Positions 24,882-35,969 of a DNA stretch of 64,000 nt are shown here, one piece after another. The notes beneath the pieces were generated by a model, which saw nothing but the letters and a program-made list of their open reading frames with translations, ran no database searches and was not told the origin of the DNA. The translations under genes were made by a program, and so were the position numbers. Every line of letters starts with the position of its first letter. The stretch's first letter is position 1. Source of the stretch: Mytilus edulis (Eukaryota); NCBI RefSeq assembly GCF_963676685.1, contig NC_092355.1, forward strand, positions 15,624,001-15,688,000. Reading direction: 5' to 3'.

Positions 24882-25339
24882 CTACAAAAAAAAGATTATC
24901 ATGCTATGATCATAGCTGTTTTTAAAGATTAAATTAAAACAATGTACATGGAAACATTGTACGTAATTTCCACAGCGTGAGTAATGTGAAATAAAGTTAA
25001 TCAGGTGTCCACGTAAATGAATCAATTGACAGAAAAATCTATATCTTGACCAATAGGACTCTTTCCAAAACAAAGCAAAATGTCACTTGACAACATATCT
25101 CGCAAACTGTGAATCAGTTTATTATCAAAATCTCTTTTTACTTTCTATATATTCTATATACATACATTCCCCATTTCCTTTCTCAATTTTACTTTATATG
25201 AAAAAGATATATTATACATTGATCAAAGCCTCGTGTAGTTCTGTCTACAACCCTAGTTTATATGTAATCGGATACATGTAGGAACAGTTTTAAAATTGTT
25301 AATACATTGAAAGGTATGTGTTGGTGAAAATGTTCTTAC

Positions 25340-25412
25340 TTGAGTTTTCGAACGAGTAGTATGATGCCAAAACATAACAAATTTAAACCAACACTTCCTC
25401 CTATGACAGCTC
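25340..25412 (-). CDS. Exon 7: transmembrane helix
   Basis: tctttcag| ... |gtaaga; GAVIGGSVGLNLLCFGIILLVRKLK (hydrophobic run, then basic stop-transfer); phase 1-2. Confidence 0.8.
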
Positions 25413-26392
25413 CTGAAAGACAATGTCATATTATAAATACAAGACAAACAGTTTCCTCCTGATTGTACCAAACAGTAGTGATGTGTTAACTTATATCCTA
25501 CGTAATTTCCGAGTGTTTATATCAATGTTTGATACTTTATTTAATACTAATGACTGTTATTGTGATTAATTAAGAATTATATGAGGTATATAAAAAGGTA
25601 CTCTGTGTATTTTGACTTTGTTGGCTTACTGTTAACATGAATTTGATGATAATTCCGCTAGAATAGGTTGATCAAATTTAATTGTACAATATTTATATTA
25701 TCATTTTAAGTTTTAAACAGTTTAACCGTCAAAATGAGGTTTAAACCGTCTTTGAAGTATGTTCTTCTGTAAGTGGCATTTCACAAACAATATATTAGAT
25801 TTAATGTCATCATATGAACTGCATGACATCATATACCTATGCAAAAGAAGACCGCGAATTGACAAATAGTTTCCATTATCAAGCTTCAACTCTTCTTTAA
25901 AGATTTTTTTTTAATTTTTTTTTTTCTAATTAAGTAAATCCGCCATCTTTAATCAAACACTGCAGACAATGGTGGATGTTCGGAGAGATATTTTAATTTT
26001 AATTTGAATTTGAAAATATATGTTAACTCGAATGTATTGTAGGTTCTCGTCTGACAGCATGTTGCAATTGAATTTGAAAATAAATTATGCAAAGACAAGA
26101 GACGCAAAAAAATCTTTCAAGTATATTCACTATTTGATTTATGTGAGAAAGGAGAAAATATTCACAAATATTACAGATATTAAGTGAGAATATAGTTTCT
26201 TTAATATCAATTTAATTGCAGGAGGTATACATTAGTATCTTTGTTTGTGGCTCAGAATAGATAGACAGATGAATCGTTACCAATAAGACTGGTTACTGTA
26301 AATCCTTGATGACACTCATTTGTTACTTTTTTAAATTGAGTTACTCCAGACGTTATACCTACAAAATATATAAGATAAATGTTCATACTTAA

Positions 26393-26999
26393 AGGGGTAC
26401 TAGCTGTCAAATTCATGTTGACCGATTTGACTCAAATTCTCATATTTTATTTATAACAATGTAAAACATTTTTCCAAACTATCAAAAGTATGAAATAAGC
26501 AATTTACAAAACATGGTCTCAATAAGATGAAGCTTCCTTTTGTGTGAATTTTAGCCAAGACGCCATCTTATTAACTATGAGTTGGCATTATATGACCATA
26601 TTAGCGATGTCAACATAAACATAAATATAAATAGATTAAGTAACTAAGTTTATACCTTTATAAGAATGATTTTTTATGGATCAAATTGGTGAATCAAATT
26701 ATTTACCTTAGTTTCACTTTCAATGTTGACATTCTTTTCCTTTAAATAACCATACACGGAAAATGCATACGTTATTCTATCTCTTTGTACGGAGTTAAAT
26801 TTGAGTCCACATGAATACGGATTTAATGAGGTCGAATTATACACTTGCAAGTTATCAATGTTAATTAGCTTAATTTGATAAAATTGAACCATTTTTTCTG
26901 CTAAGAGCGAATTACTATTTCACTATTTCAATATCATTAATGATTGAACAAAAAAAATCATACTTTAGATTTCTTATATATCTCGTAGCTAGTGCCCCT
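26393..26999. mobile_element. Kolobok-like MITE in intron
   Basis: TIR AGGGGTACTAGCT / AGCTAGTGCCCCT, TTAA on both sides. Confidence 0.75.
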
Positions 27000-27445
27000 T
27001 TAATACTTTTACATGCTAGAAATAAACCATTGGGTATTCGCTATTGCAGTTACCAAAATGAAACATATCGAATCCATCTCTCAAATTTCAATCATGACTA
27101 ATGTGTATTTATTTGTATATCGAATGTGAAGTGCAAAATATTTATGAAAATCATAAATTCGCAAGTCACATCTACACTAACAGAAAATACATGCAAGACG
27201 CAAATTAAGTCACTCGCTTACAAATGAAAAGAAGTTCACGTGTACGACAATGAAAAGAATGTATATCAATACACGCAGTCATGAAAACATTTTTGTTAAA
27301 CAGTTCGATAATCTATACGAACATTAAATGTTTGTCAATATATAAATGTCACAGAGTCAATTTACACTGAAAATGTAACATTATTATAAACATTTATTTC
27401 GAATGGTAACTTGGAGTTTCTTTGGAATTTGTGAATTTGAAACAT

Positions 27446-27532
27446 ATGAATGAATGAATGAATGAATGAATGAATGAATGAATGAATGAAAATGAATGAA
27501 AATAAATAAATGAATGAATGAATGAATGAATG
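27446..27532. repeat. (ATGA)n microsatellite
   Basis: Direct reading. Confidence 0.95.
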
Positions 27533-27998
27533 CGTCAATTATACAATTATAGTAATGTTGTCTACACAACATATATTATAGTATTAATATACAAGCTGTA
27601 CTATCCTGATGAATTGCTAAGGTGACAAAAAAGTTGAAAATGTGATTTAAACATAAAAATAAGGTAGATTCTCATTTCAACATGGTTTATTTTTCATTTT
27701 ATAGTTATCATTAAAGATTAGTCTCCTTGTTTGTTTGGCAATCTTTAGCTTATATACAAAAGTATACTTACTCAGTTGTAAATATATAAAAATGCACGAT
27801 ATATTTTGTCATTTTTGTATCTTTTCCATTGCACAAAACACTTGCATGACCGTTTTAAAAAAATTCAAAAAATCTGCATCACTTACATATTCAGTAATAC
27901 TAGTTAAAACATCAAAATAGATAGTTCTTATGCAACAAAATCAAGGTCTTGAACTTATATAAGAATATGTATGAAATATCTATAAGTAACTGACATAC

Positions 27999-28106
27999 CA
28001 TTTATTAGCGTTGTCTCAGTATTTTCCTGATTTTCAATTATCTGCTTTGGTGTCATTCCTGAGGACGACATCGTTGTGTAGAGTACGTGGGCTGTATTTG
28101 CACTTT
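27999..28106 (-). CDS. Exon 6: Ser/Thr-rich stalk
   Basis: ttctaatag| ... |gtatgt; QSANTAHVLYTTMSSSGMTPKQIIENQENTETTLIN; phase 1-1. Confidence 0.7.
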
Positions 28107-28762
28107 CTATTAGAAATTCATATATCATGTTTTTCATATATTATATACTTAATCAATATCGATAGATATGACTTAAATTATAAGCCTGGTCACAAATGTT
28201 TCCGAAACGTTTGTCTTATTCACTGTGATAGTACCTAAACGTTATTGGTGTTTTTTTTGTTGTTGTTAATTTGTTCTCCTACTGAACACGCATGACATTT
28301 TTTAATTTGAACGTTGAGCAACACACAATCAATCATCAATAAGTTCTGTCGGTTTTTTGTTCGGACACTTTGTTGTCTGTTTATTTGTTATTGTTAATAT
28401 GATTGCCTCCTAATCTAGTTTTTTGACATGTTCGTACTTTCCCAGATCAAATAACAGACAAGTTGTCAGTTGTAAATATGTACACGTTACTTTGTGTAGG
28501 CATCTATACACATGTATACGGATTTAAATTTATAGGAAGAATCACCTTGTTCTTAGCCAAAAAAATATACAGATGAAAGTATTTGTTTGCAATTTCCTAC
28601 CAATAATGAATTATAATGATGTTTACGAAAAGATATGTTACTATCCGAACAGTGAAACGGTTTCGCTTTAACAAATGTATTTAGCGTTTAGATATACGTT
28701 TGCTTTCGCTTCTCTTAATTTTCAACTGAACATGTAACATATATTATTTATTTTTTACTTAC

Positions 28763-28888
28763 GATCACTTCTACAAATAAACCATTGCAGCGTTTCGTTG
28801 CACGCCATTTCACTCTTTTTAAATATCTTGTTGCCATTTAAAGTATTAATAACACCTGCCGGACACATCAATGGTGTTGTGGTACAAT
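28763..28888 (-). CDS. Exon 5: Cys-containing ectodomain segment
   Basis: cctttaaaag| ... |gtaagt; NCTTTPLMCPAGVINTLNGNKIFKKSEMACNETLQWFICRSD (C-x6-FIC, as at the end of C-type lectin-like domains); phase 1-1. Confidence 0.8.
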
Positions 28889-29871
28889 CTTTTAAAGGAA
28901 AATTAGTTTATCAAAACATAAATAATCAATGGATATCATACACGGTGTTATAGTAATATCGCTTGCATTTCAGTTTATACATTGTTGTCAATGAAATGAA
29001 ATTTTATGTAACCGTTATAAAAGTGAGAGGTTTTTCTAGCTATAGACCTAGGTTTACTCCACCATTATCTACATATGGAAAGACTCAGAGTAAAATGGGA
29101 ATATAATAGAATAGTATGCTGGTACTTGCTACAACTATGTCATGAATTTCAAACGAATGACAAAACTGATTTTAAGGCCTTGTTTGAACTAGTTTAAAAT
29201 GTTTCGACATTGCAGACATTTAAAATTGAATCTTGGTGTCAACTACGCCAATATCGCTTAAACATGTTGAAGTATAGTAAGGACCTTTCGAAGTAATTGG
29301 TGTAAACTCTTGTCCATAAACTATAGACTAGAACAAAAGATGTCTTTCTACAGAGATGCCATTGCTGAAAAAAATACCCTTTACTATACCCCGATTTAAG
29401 AAATAAAAGGACATGCTGAATTTATCTGAAAGACATATTAGGCAATTAATAAATGGATTAAGACTGGTTGTTTTGGTTGGTTTTAGTTGGATTGTCGTCT
29501 GGAATTTTCTCCGTTTGCTACTGTTCAAATTCCTAGGTATAGACTTAACTTTGGCTGGTGTGTTTATAAGTTTATAGTGAAAAATCGATACTGATATTTA
29601 ATAAGATGTTAGTAATCCTAGTTCAGACATGTGTTATCTTGTTTCGTCTCCTTTGATGTGTAAAAACGGATGATTCAGTGATTTGTCACTATTCTACTGT
29701 TGATGTATTAATTAACTTCGTATTACAACATATTGAAACATTTATCAATAAAACCTGATATTTGTTTTTGTAGTTTAGTCGTAGTCTGATTGGCGTTCGT
29801 CGTACATTTCCTTTTTAAATAAAGTATAGTGCAAACATCTGTATCAAGCTGATGTTTAAAAATGAGCTTCA

Positions 29872-30279
29872 GCGCGTCTGGCGTAATTTAAAATTTAGTC
29901 CTGGTATCTATGATGAGTTTATTTACATCCACTAGGTCGATGCCACTGCTGGTGGAGATTTATTTCCCCGAGGGTATCACCAGCCCAGTAGTCATCACTT
30001 TTTGTGCTGACATGAATTATCATTGATAAGGTTTTATTGATAAATTAACTGTTTATAAAATTTTGAATTTTTGTAAAAAAAACTAAAGCTTTTCTACCTC
30101 AGACATAGATTACCTTAGCTGTATTTGGCATAACTTTTGGGAATTTTGGTCCTTAATGCTCTTCAACTTCGTACTTTATTTGGCATTTTTGACTTTTTTG
30201 GATTCGAGCGTCACTGATAAGTCTTGTGTAGACGAAACGCGCGTCTGGCGTAATTTAAAATTTAGTCCTGGTATCTATG
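29872..30279 (+). mobile_element. Retrozyme-like monomer (367-bp period) with hammerhead ribozyme
   Basis: 41-bp direct repeat GCGCGTCTGGCGTAATTTAAAATTTAGTCCTGGTATCTATG at 29872 and 30239; hammerhead at 30208-30251. Confidence 0.8.
30208..30251 (+). ncRNA. Minimal type I hammerhead ribozyme with a mutated core
   Basis: GCGUCA-CUGAUAA-GUCU ugugu AGAC-GAAA-CGCGCG-UC^-UGGCGU; core reads CUGAUAA instead of CUGAUGA. Confidence 0.7.
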
Positions 30280-30323
30280 TGTTTATTCATATCAAATCAT
30301 GTATACATGTATATAGATATAGT

Positions 30324-30515
30324 AAGATGTGGTGTGAGTCCCAATGAAACAACTCTCCATCCAAATAACAATTTTAAAAAAAAGTAAACCATTATAGGTC
30401 AATGTATGGTCTTCAACACGGAGCCTTGGCTCACACCGAACAACAAGCTATCAAGGGCCCCAAAATTACTAGTGTAAAACCATTCAAACGGGAAAACCAA
30501 CGGTCTAATCTATAT
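30324..30515 (+). repeat. Dispersed SINE-like repeat family (AAGATGTGGTRTGAGTGCCAATGARACAACTCTCCA...)
   Basis: Further copies or fragments at ~40634-40800, ~44645-44830, ~44872-45030, ~56361-56408. Confidence 0.7.
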
Positions 30516-30538
30516 AAAATATATATGTATAGACTTAC

Positions 30539-30718
30539 TTGTTTTAAAACACTCTGTTATATGTTCTCTAATAACATTGGTCCATGCCGGAATTCCTGAA
30601 AATTTAGAATTTCCAGTTTGATGACAAAATGTCGAAGGTAACAACAGTTGTTGTTTTGATTCACAAAACATCGCTCCTTCATTTTGTGAAGCTCCCCAGT
30701 ATGAGGAGGTTCTGTCTT
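30539..30718 (-). CDS. Exon 4: C-type-lectin-like segment
   Basis: tttacag| ... |gtaagt; EDRTSSYWGASQNEGAMFCESKQQLLLPSTFCHQTGNSKFSGIPAWTNVIREHITECFKT; phase 1-1. Confidence 0.8.
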
Positions 30719-31243
30719 CTGTAAATAATGAAACATTAATCAAATTACAGTGAAACAAAATAAATATACCTAGCTCATAAGTATATATAAGCAAGTTTTT
30801 AAATTAGCTTTGCACTAATTATAAAACCCTTATAATAAACTATTTTCATCACCTTCATTAAGCAGTGTTGTAATCGATTCAATACTAAACGTACTAATAT
30901 GTAGGTAAAAAAGAAGTAATCGTTTCTTCGTCCCTTCTACTAGTTGAAATGCTAGACGTTTTACCGAACGCGTTTTTACTTGTGTTTTTAAATATTCCTC
31001 CAGTTATAAGTGCAAATATTTATATATGTTTTAATAAGGATAATGACAGTAATGATAGTTCCTGATATAAGAAAACAAAATTAGAACTATATAAAGCAAC
31101 ACGGTTGTTTTTACATTTTAATGAACTGGTTTTGTATATTTTAAATTTACTGTTCTTAATTTATTGATTTTTATGTCCATCTGAATTCATTCGTTTTGCT
31201 ATCGGACGTATGTGAGGAATAAATAACTAGTACTTGTAATTAC

Positions 31244-31390
31244 CACATCTAGCAACGGTTGTTAAATCCTTTGCATTACAATTTCGTGCTTCAAACATGT
31301 GTGACTGAGTACTACCTTTTGTACATCCTCCACAGCAGAATGTCATGCAGTTTCCAGGATCGTCTGAATTAAAAACTGTCCCAAGAAACT
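31244..31390 (-). CDS. Exon 3: Cys-rich segment
   Basis: ttaatacag| ... |gtaatt; EFLGTVFNSDDPGNCMTFCCGGCTKGSTQSHMFEARNCNAKDLTTVARC; phase 1-1. Confidence 0.8.
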
Positions 31391-31770
31391 CTGTATTAAA
31401 AGCAATAATATATAATCGGGTCTTTATATCTAATACAATCAAGAACAAAACAAAACCACAACTGGCAGAAGAAAACACGTGGACATTCGCAAAGCGGGAC
31501 GGAACCGTGTTCGTCTCCAGTTTAGCAAGCACTGAATGGCATGTGAATCAAGAACTATTCAAAATATAAATACAGGAGCATTATATGACGATACAGTGGT
31601 GTGCAGATTGAATATGTGTACACACACAGTAAAACAAAGACAAAATAACCAATGACAGAATGAACTGCGAATGTGTCTCTGGTTAAGTATTTTATGACGA
31701 ACATTGTGTCAACAGTCTTCGTATTTATCTAAATTAATTTATCTATTAAGTAAAATAGATATTTACTAAC

Positions 31771-31944
31771 CTTTGTATGCATAGTAGGAATTTGACTCTT
31801 CGCATACACTCATATTCTTGTGATAATCAATAAGTACTTCATCTGGGATGCAAATACATTCTCGAGATGAGGTCTTCTGATATGAAAAATATTCCCAAGA
31901 CATAAAACATGAGACAGCGCAGAAAAGGACCCATATATAAGAAA
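31771..31944 (-). CDS. Exon 2: WSC-like segment (5' boundary uncertain, possibly damaged)
   Basis: VSYIWVLFCAVSCFMSWEYFSYQKTSSRECICIPDEVLIDYHKNMSVCEESNSYYAYK; good donor |gttagt; only a weak aag acceptor keeps phase, and an in-frame TAA sits at 31946-31948. Confidence 0.6.
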
Positions 31945-33195
31945 CTTAAGTAGATGCAATTTCGAGTGCATATACAATCGAAAGATTTAAAGCCAGTCAA
32001 TAAGTATTTCTTAATTATTTTATAGCATATCCCCTTATCGAGTCAATGAATATTTATTCAAAATACAAATGGTTGGACCTACGACTGCATTTTCCATTGA
32101 TGTGGTTCTGCGCACATGTGTCCAAAAAATACATTTGTGCATGGCTTTGTGTTGGGATAGAAGTAAATAGTGTGAGTGTTGTAAATCCTTCTACGGTACA
32201 TATATAAAAAAAAATTAAGTTGAAATATTTGTTTTTGAGTCATTTTCAACAAAATTTCACTTTTCAACAATATATGTGTACTCTGTTTATTATAGTAATT
32301 TCATTTGCGACATCTGCATTTATTTCACCTACCTTGAATCCAAAATGTTTGACATGATGACACTTTTTCTGACATTCACCACGTGTGTTTATGGAATAGA
32401 ATTCGGTGTTATTCAATACCGGAACTTTATAACAACCTTAAAGCATACTTTATTGAATCATTACCATGCAACAGACTAAATGGTTTAAACTCTTCATATC
32501 ATACTGCAACGAATACAATTATGTTTTCATATGATAAGATCGGTGGTCTTTCCTTTCTGTCAAGTTTAATTTGTTTGGTGTTTTCCTCACTTTTTTTTTT
32601 ATTAGTGTCCATTATTTTCTATTTTTTCTATTTTTTTCCATTATTTTGTATCTATTTCTTTATTATTTCTTTTCTATGTTTGTATCTTTATATATTATTG
32701 TCTTATATAGTTATTTTAGCACTAGCCAAACCTTAATATTGAATTCTATCAACAAAAATATCCTAAAATGACTATTCTCTGTATTTTTTCATTTTTTTTT
32801 TTTTTTTGTAGATTTGACAAATTATTTGTTGTGCTCCTCAGTTATATTAAAAAAAGTCAAATAACACTGATCTCCAAGAAACAGTACAGAAGATGACGTA
32901 TCCTACCACATGTATGTCGGGTTTAAGCTTTTTTGGTAAATTTCCGATCTTCTTATCTTAGATCTTTTTTATGATGACATATCTGTCAACCCACCAATAT
33001 ATCTGGTGCACACTGTCATATACTAAAGGTTAACTTTTATAAAGTGTTTGCATTGGCTCTGTAACAGGCGCTCTATCACAGTTTTTAAAACATCCACATA
33101 CTTATAATATTCGTACATATAATCAAGGAGATCAGCGCGTTTCATTTATATTGGATACATGTTTCCCATTTAAACACCCTACAGGGGAACAATAC

Positions 33196-33442
33196 CTATT
33201 AATTCAATCCATGGTGTAAATATTGAAGATTTTCCAATCCAAAATTGTTGATTTTCTAATACATCGCTTCTTCTTAAAACTTCTTCCATTTTCTCCAAAC
33301 CATTTATCCCGCAAGATGAAGATGCTTCATTCCAGGTAACTCCATATGGAGAATAGTTTAGTGTCTGCTCTCCTCCAACTAAAGATATATAGTCATAGGT
33401 TAAGGTTAAAAGTAAAAATTGAAAAAGCCGATAATTCACCAT
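33196..33442 (-). CDS. Exon 1: signal peptide plus N-terminal C-type-lectin-like segment
   Basis: MVNYRLFQFLLLTLTYDYISLVGG-EQTLNYSPYGVTWNEASSSC...FWIGKSSIFTPWIELI; TWxxAxxxC and WIG motifs; donor |gtattg, phase 1. Confidence 0.85.
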
Positions 33443-34588
33443 AGACCGAATGATGTTGATGTAAACTTATTAGTGGACAATTAACAAACACATAAATCAA
33501 GGTACTCAATTTACCAGTGTTTCACCGCCAGCCTATTTAAACATGGTCTTACAGTATAAATGTAATGGTTAAGATATAATCATAGTATGCTGCCATTTCT
33601 ATTCATATTTTATTTCAAAATTCTATCTCAACGATTTCTTTTTTATGCATAAACGTGTTTTTTTCATGAACAGTATAAGCAGATTTTGGCAAATTTGAAG
33701 GACCCATAGCTAAAATAAAAAAGCATACAAAAAATCTATCGGAGAAATATATATGATCTACCTCAATAATCTTCCATAGAAATGAGGAAAGCAAATAAAA
33801 ACTTTAAATATTCGATATATCACCAACAACAAAAAACAATAAATCTAAAATCATGGCAATGGCTCCTAATTCGTTTTAACAAACATTACTTTCCTTGTTT
33901 CACAGATAACAATATTGATTATTGTTTCTAACGTAATCATGAGCTATTAATATAATAATATAATGTAAGATTTGTGTTAATTTTGTAAATTTAGATGCAA
34001 TACTTTTTCATAAACTGCAAAAGCCAGTGCAAATAAATTTACACTAAAAAATATCCGAACGCCTTTTTTCATTTGTTCAGAAATGCTAAATTCCAATCAA
34101 ATGTATTACAATATGAATAGTGAAAGCTATATGACTGAAAGCACATAAAAAGAATATCTCATGTCTTCTTAGTACAAATATTCCCAATACAATCTGAACC
34201 ATAGCTTTTACCTATTTTTCAATTTGGATACAGAGAAATTGAAACAAAATTCAATATGTTCTTGGTTAGAACGAACAGGATTCATGGTTATATCTCCGGA
34301 CGGTTTTGTTGAAGTTCATGTTTGGTCTTCAATTTTGTGTTTTATAAATTGAAGGGTTTTTGGTATATTGTTTTTTAATTGACTGCCATGACATTGGCAG
34401 TTTGCTTCAAACTTTAGAGTATAAATATCCCTTTGGTATCTGTCGCCTATCTATTTAAGTGTCTAATTAAATTTAAAATTGGTATAAAAAGAGGGACGAA
34501 AGATACCAGAGAGACAGTCAAACTCATAAATCGATAATTAACTGACAACGCCATGGCTAAAAATGAAAAGACAAACAGACAAACAATA

Positions 34589-34772
34589 TGAGTTTAGTAT
34601 GACGTCCATTATCACTGTACTATTATGCATATTTTAGGGGCCAGCTGAAGGACACCTACGGGTGCGGGAATTCTCGCTACATTGAAGACCCATTGGTTGC
34701 CTTCGGCTGTTGTTTGCTCTATGGTCGGGTGGTTGTCGCTTTGACATATTCACCATTTCCTTTCTCAATTTT
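34589..34772 (+). mobile_element. 184-bp SINE-like insertion within a Penelope-like 3' repeat fragment
   Basis: 8-bp TSD AAACAATA (34581-34588, 34773-34780); homologous to 47832-48012. Confidence 0.8.
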
Positions 34773-35969
34773 AAACAATAGTACACATGACATATAACGT
34801 GTCACGTTCGTTCATCAAATATATGAATCAGTAAATAAACCGTCATCATAGGTACCTGGATTGAAATTTTGTCAGTAGGATAGTCTTCAAAAGACTCATC
34901 AGTGACTCTCAAATATAAAATAAAATAAAAATTCAAATACAATACGAATTTAAAGAGATTGGGGATAATAAATCTCGATACCAAACATGAGAAAAATAGA
35001 TGAAAACAATCGTAAATATAAGAATCACTGTATATGTCATTCCCCTATACATGCTATACTTTCAAACTCCATTCTGGACTCCCTATGAATATTTGTTTCT
35101 CTATTGTTTGTGCTATTTTCACATTTTCTGAACAGTGTGAGAAAAATATTTCTCAACACTAGTGAAATATCTGTTCTCAGCAAATGATAAGTCGAAATTA
35201 AATTATGACTTTTTATTTTTTTTAATTTCATCTTAATTTCTATGGTCACGTCATGTAAAAGAAACAACAATGTCTGATGATGTCACACATAACGAACAAA
35301 ACTTTCTGCAAATGTCCGAAAAAGAACGATAAAAAACCTTAAAGAAACAGCTTCAACCACTATAACTCGTGAATTACGATAATTCACGCTCAAAAGTTAA
35401 ATTTTATTTATTCAAAAAGCTATGGAGAATATTGTAACACACTTGTATTTATATGTATATATCGTGACTTATCATGATACCAAATGCATAGTTAACTGTA
35501 AAAATGCAAAGCACATTCCTATCAAAACAAAAATGTTTTATCATATAATGTTAATACTCACTTAGTGCAAAATGATTGACAATGAGAACTAGCCCAAAAC
35601 TCTTCATTTTACAAAAAAAGATTCTTATCTGATTGAAGAAGTCTGTTTCCGGTCACTGACGACAAATTGATAGCAAACAAAAGACGTCTAACAAAAAAAA
35701 GGGAAATTAATTTCAAATTAAAAGAAAAACATAATAAAACACACGTCTTATCTCAACTAGGTTCATATAAGGACATAGTGCATTCTAAACAGATTTAATA
35801 CACAAATAAACAGACAAACCGTTATGAGTACTACACTGTTGTCATAGATCACTCCGGTTTATTCCTGTTTTTAGATTAATCAATATTTATTCAGATAAAT
35901 CATTACAATAAAATTACGCATGAAATATAAATCTTTCTCACATCTGCCTCTTAGTAAACAAAAAATGCA

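Noticed and set aside
32383-32771. Hydrophobic ORFs resembling membrane proteins
   Set aside because: Low-complexity T-rich intron sequence giving Phe/Leu/Ile runs
33030-33101. Possible extra exon reading GCFKNCDRAPV
   Set aside because: No polypyrimidine tract, weak splice sites, runs into a stop; not supportable
34870-34910. Third hammerhead ribozyme (minus strand)
   Set aside because: Has CUGAUGA and helix II but lacks GAAA and the cleavage-site strand; a decayed fragment
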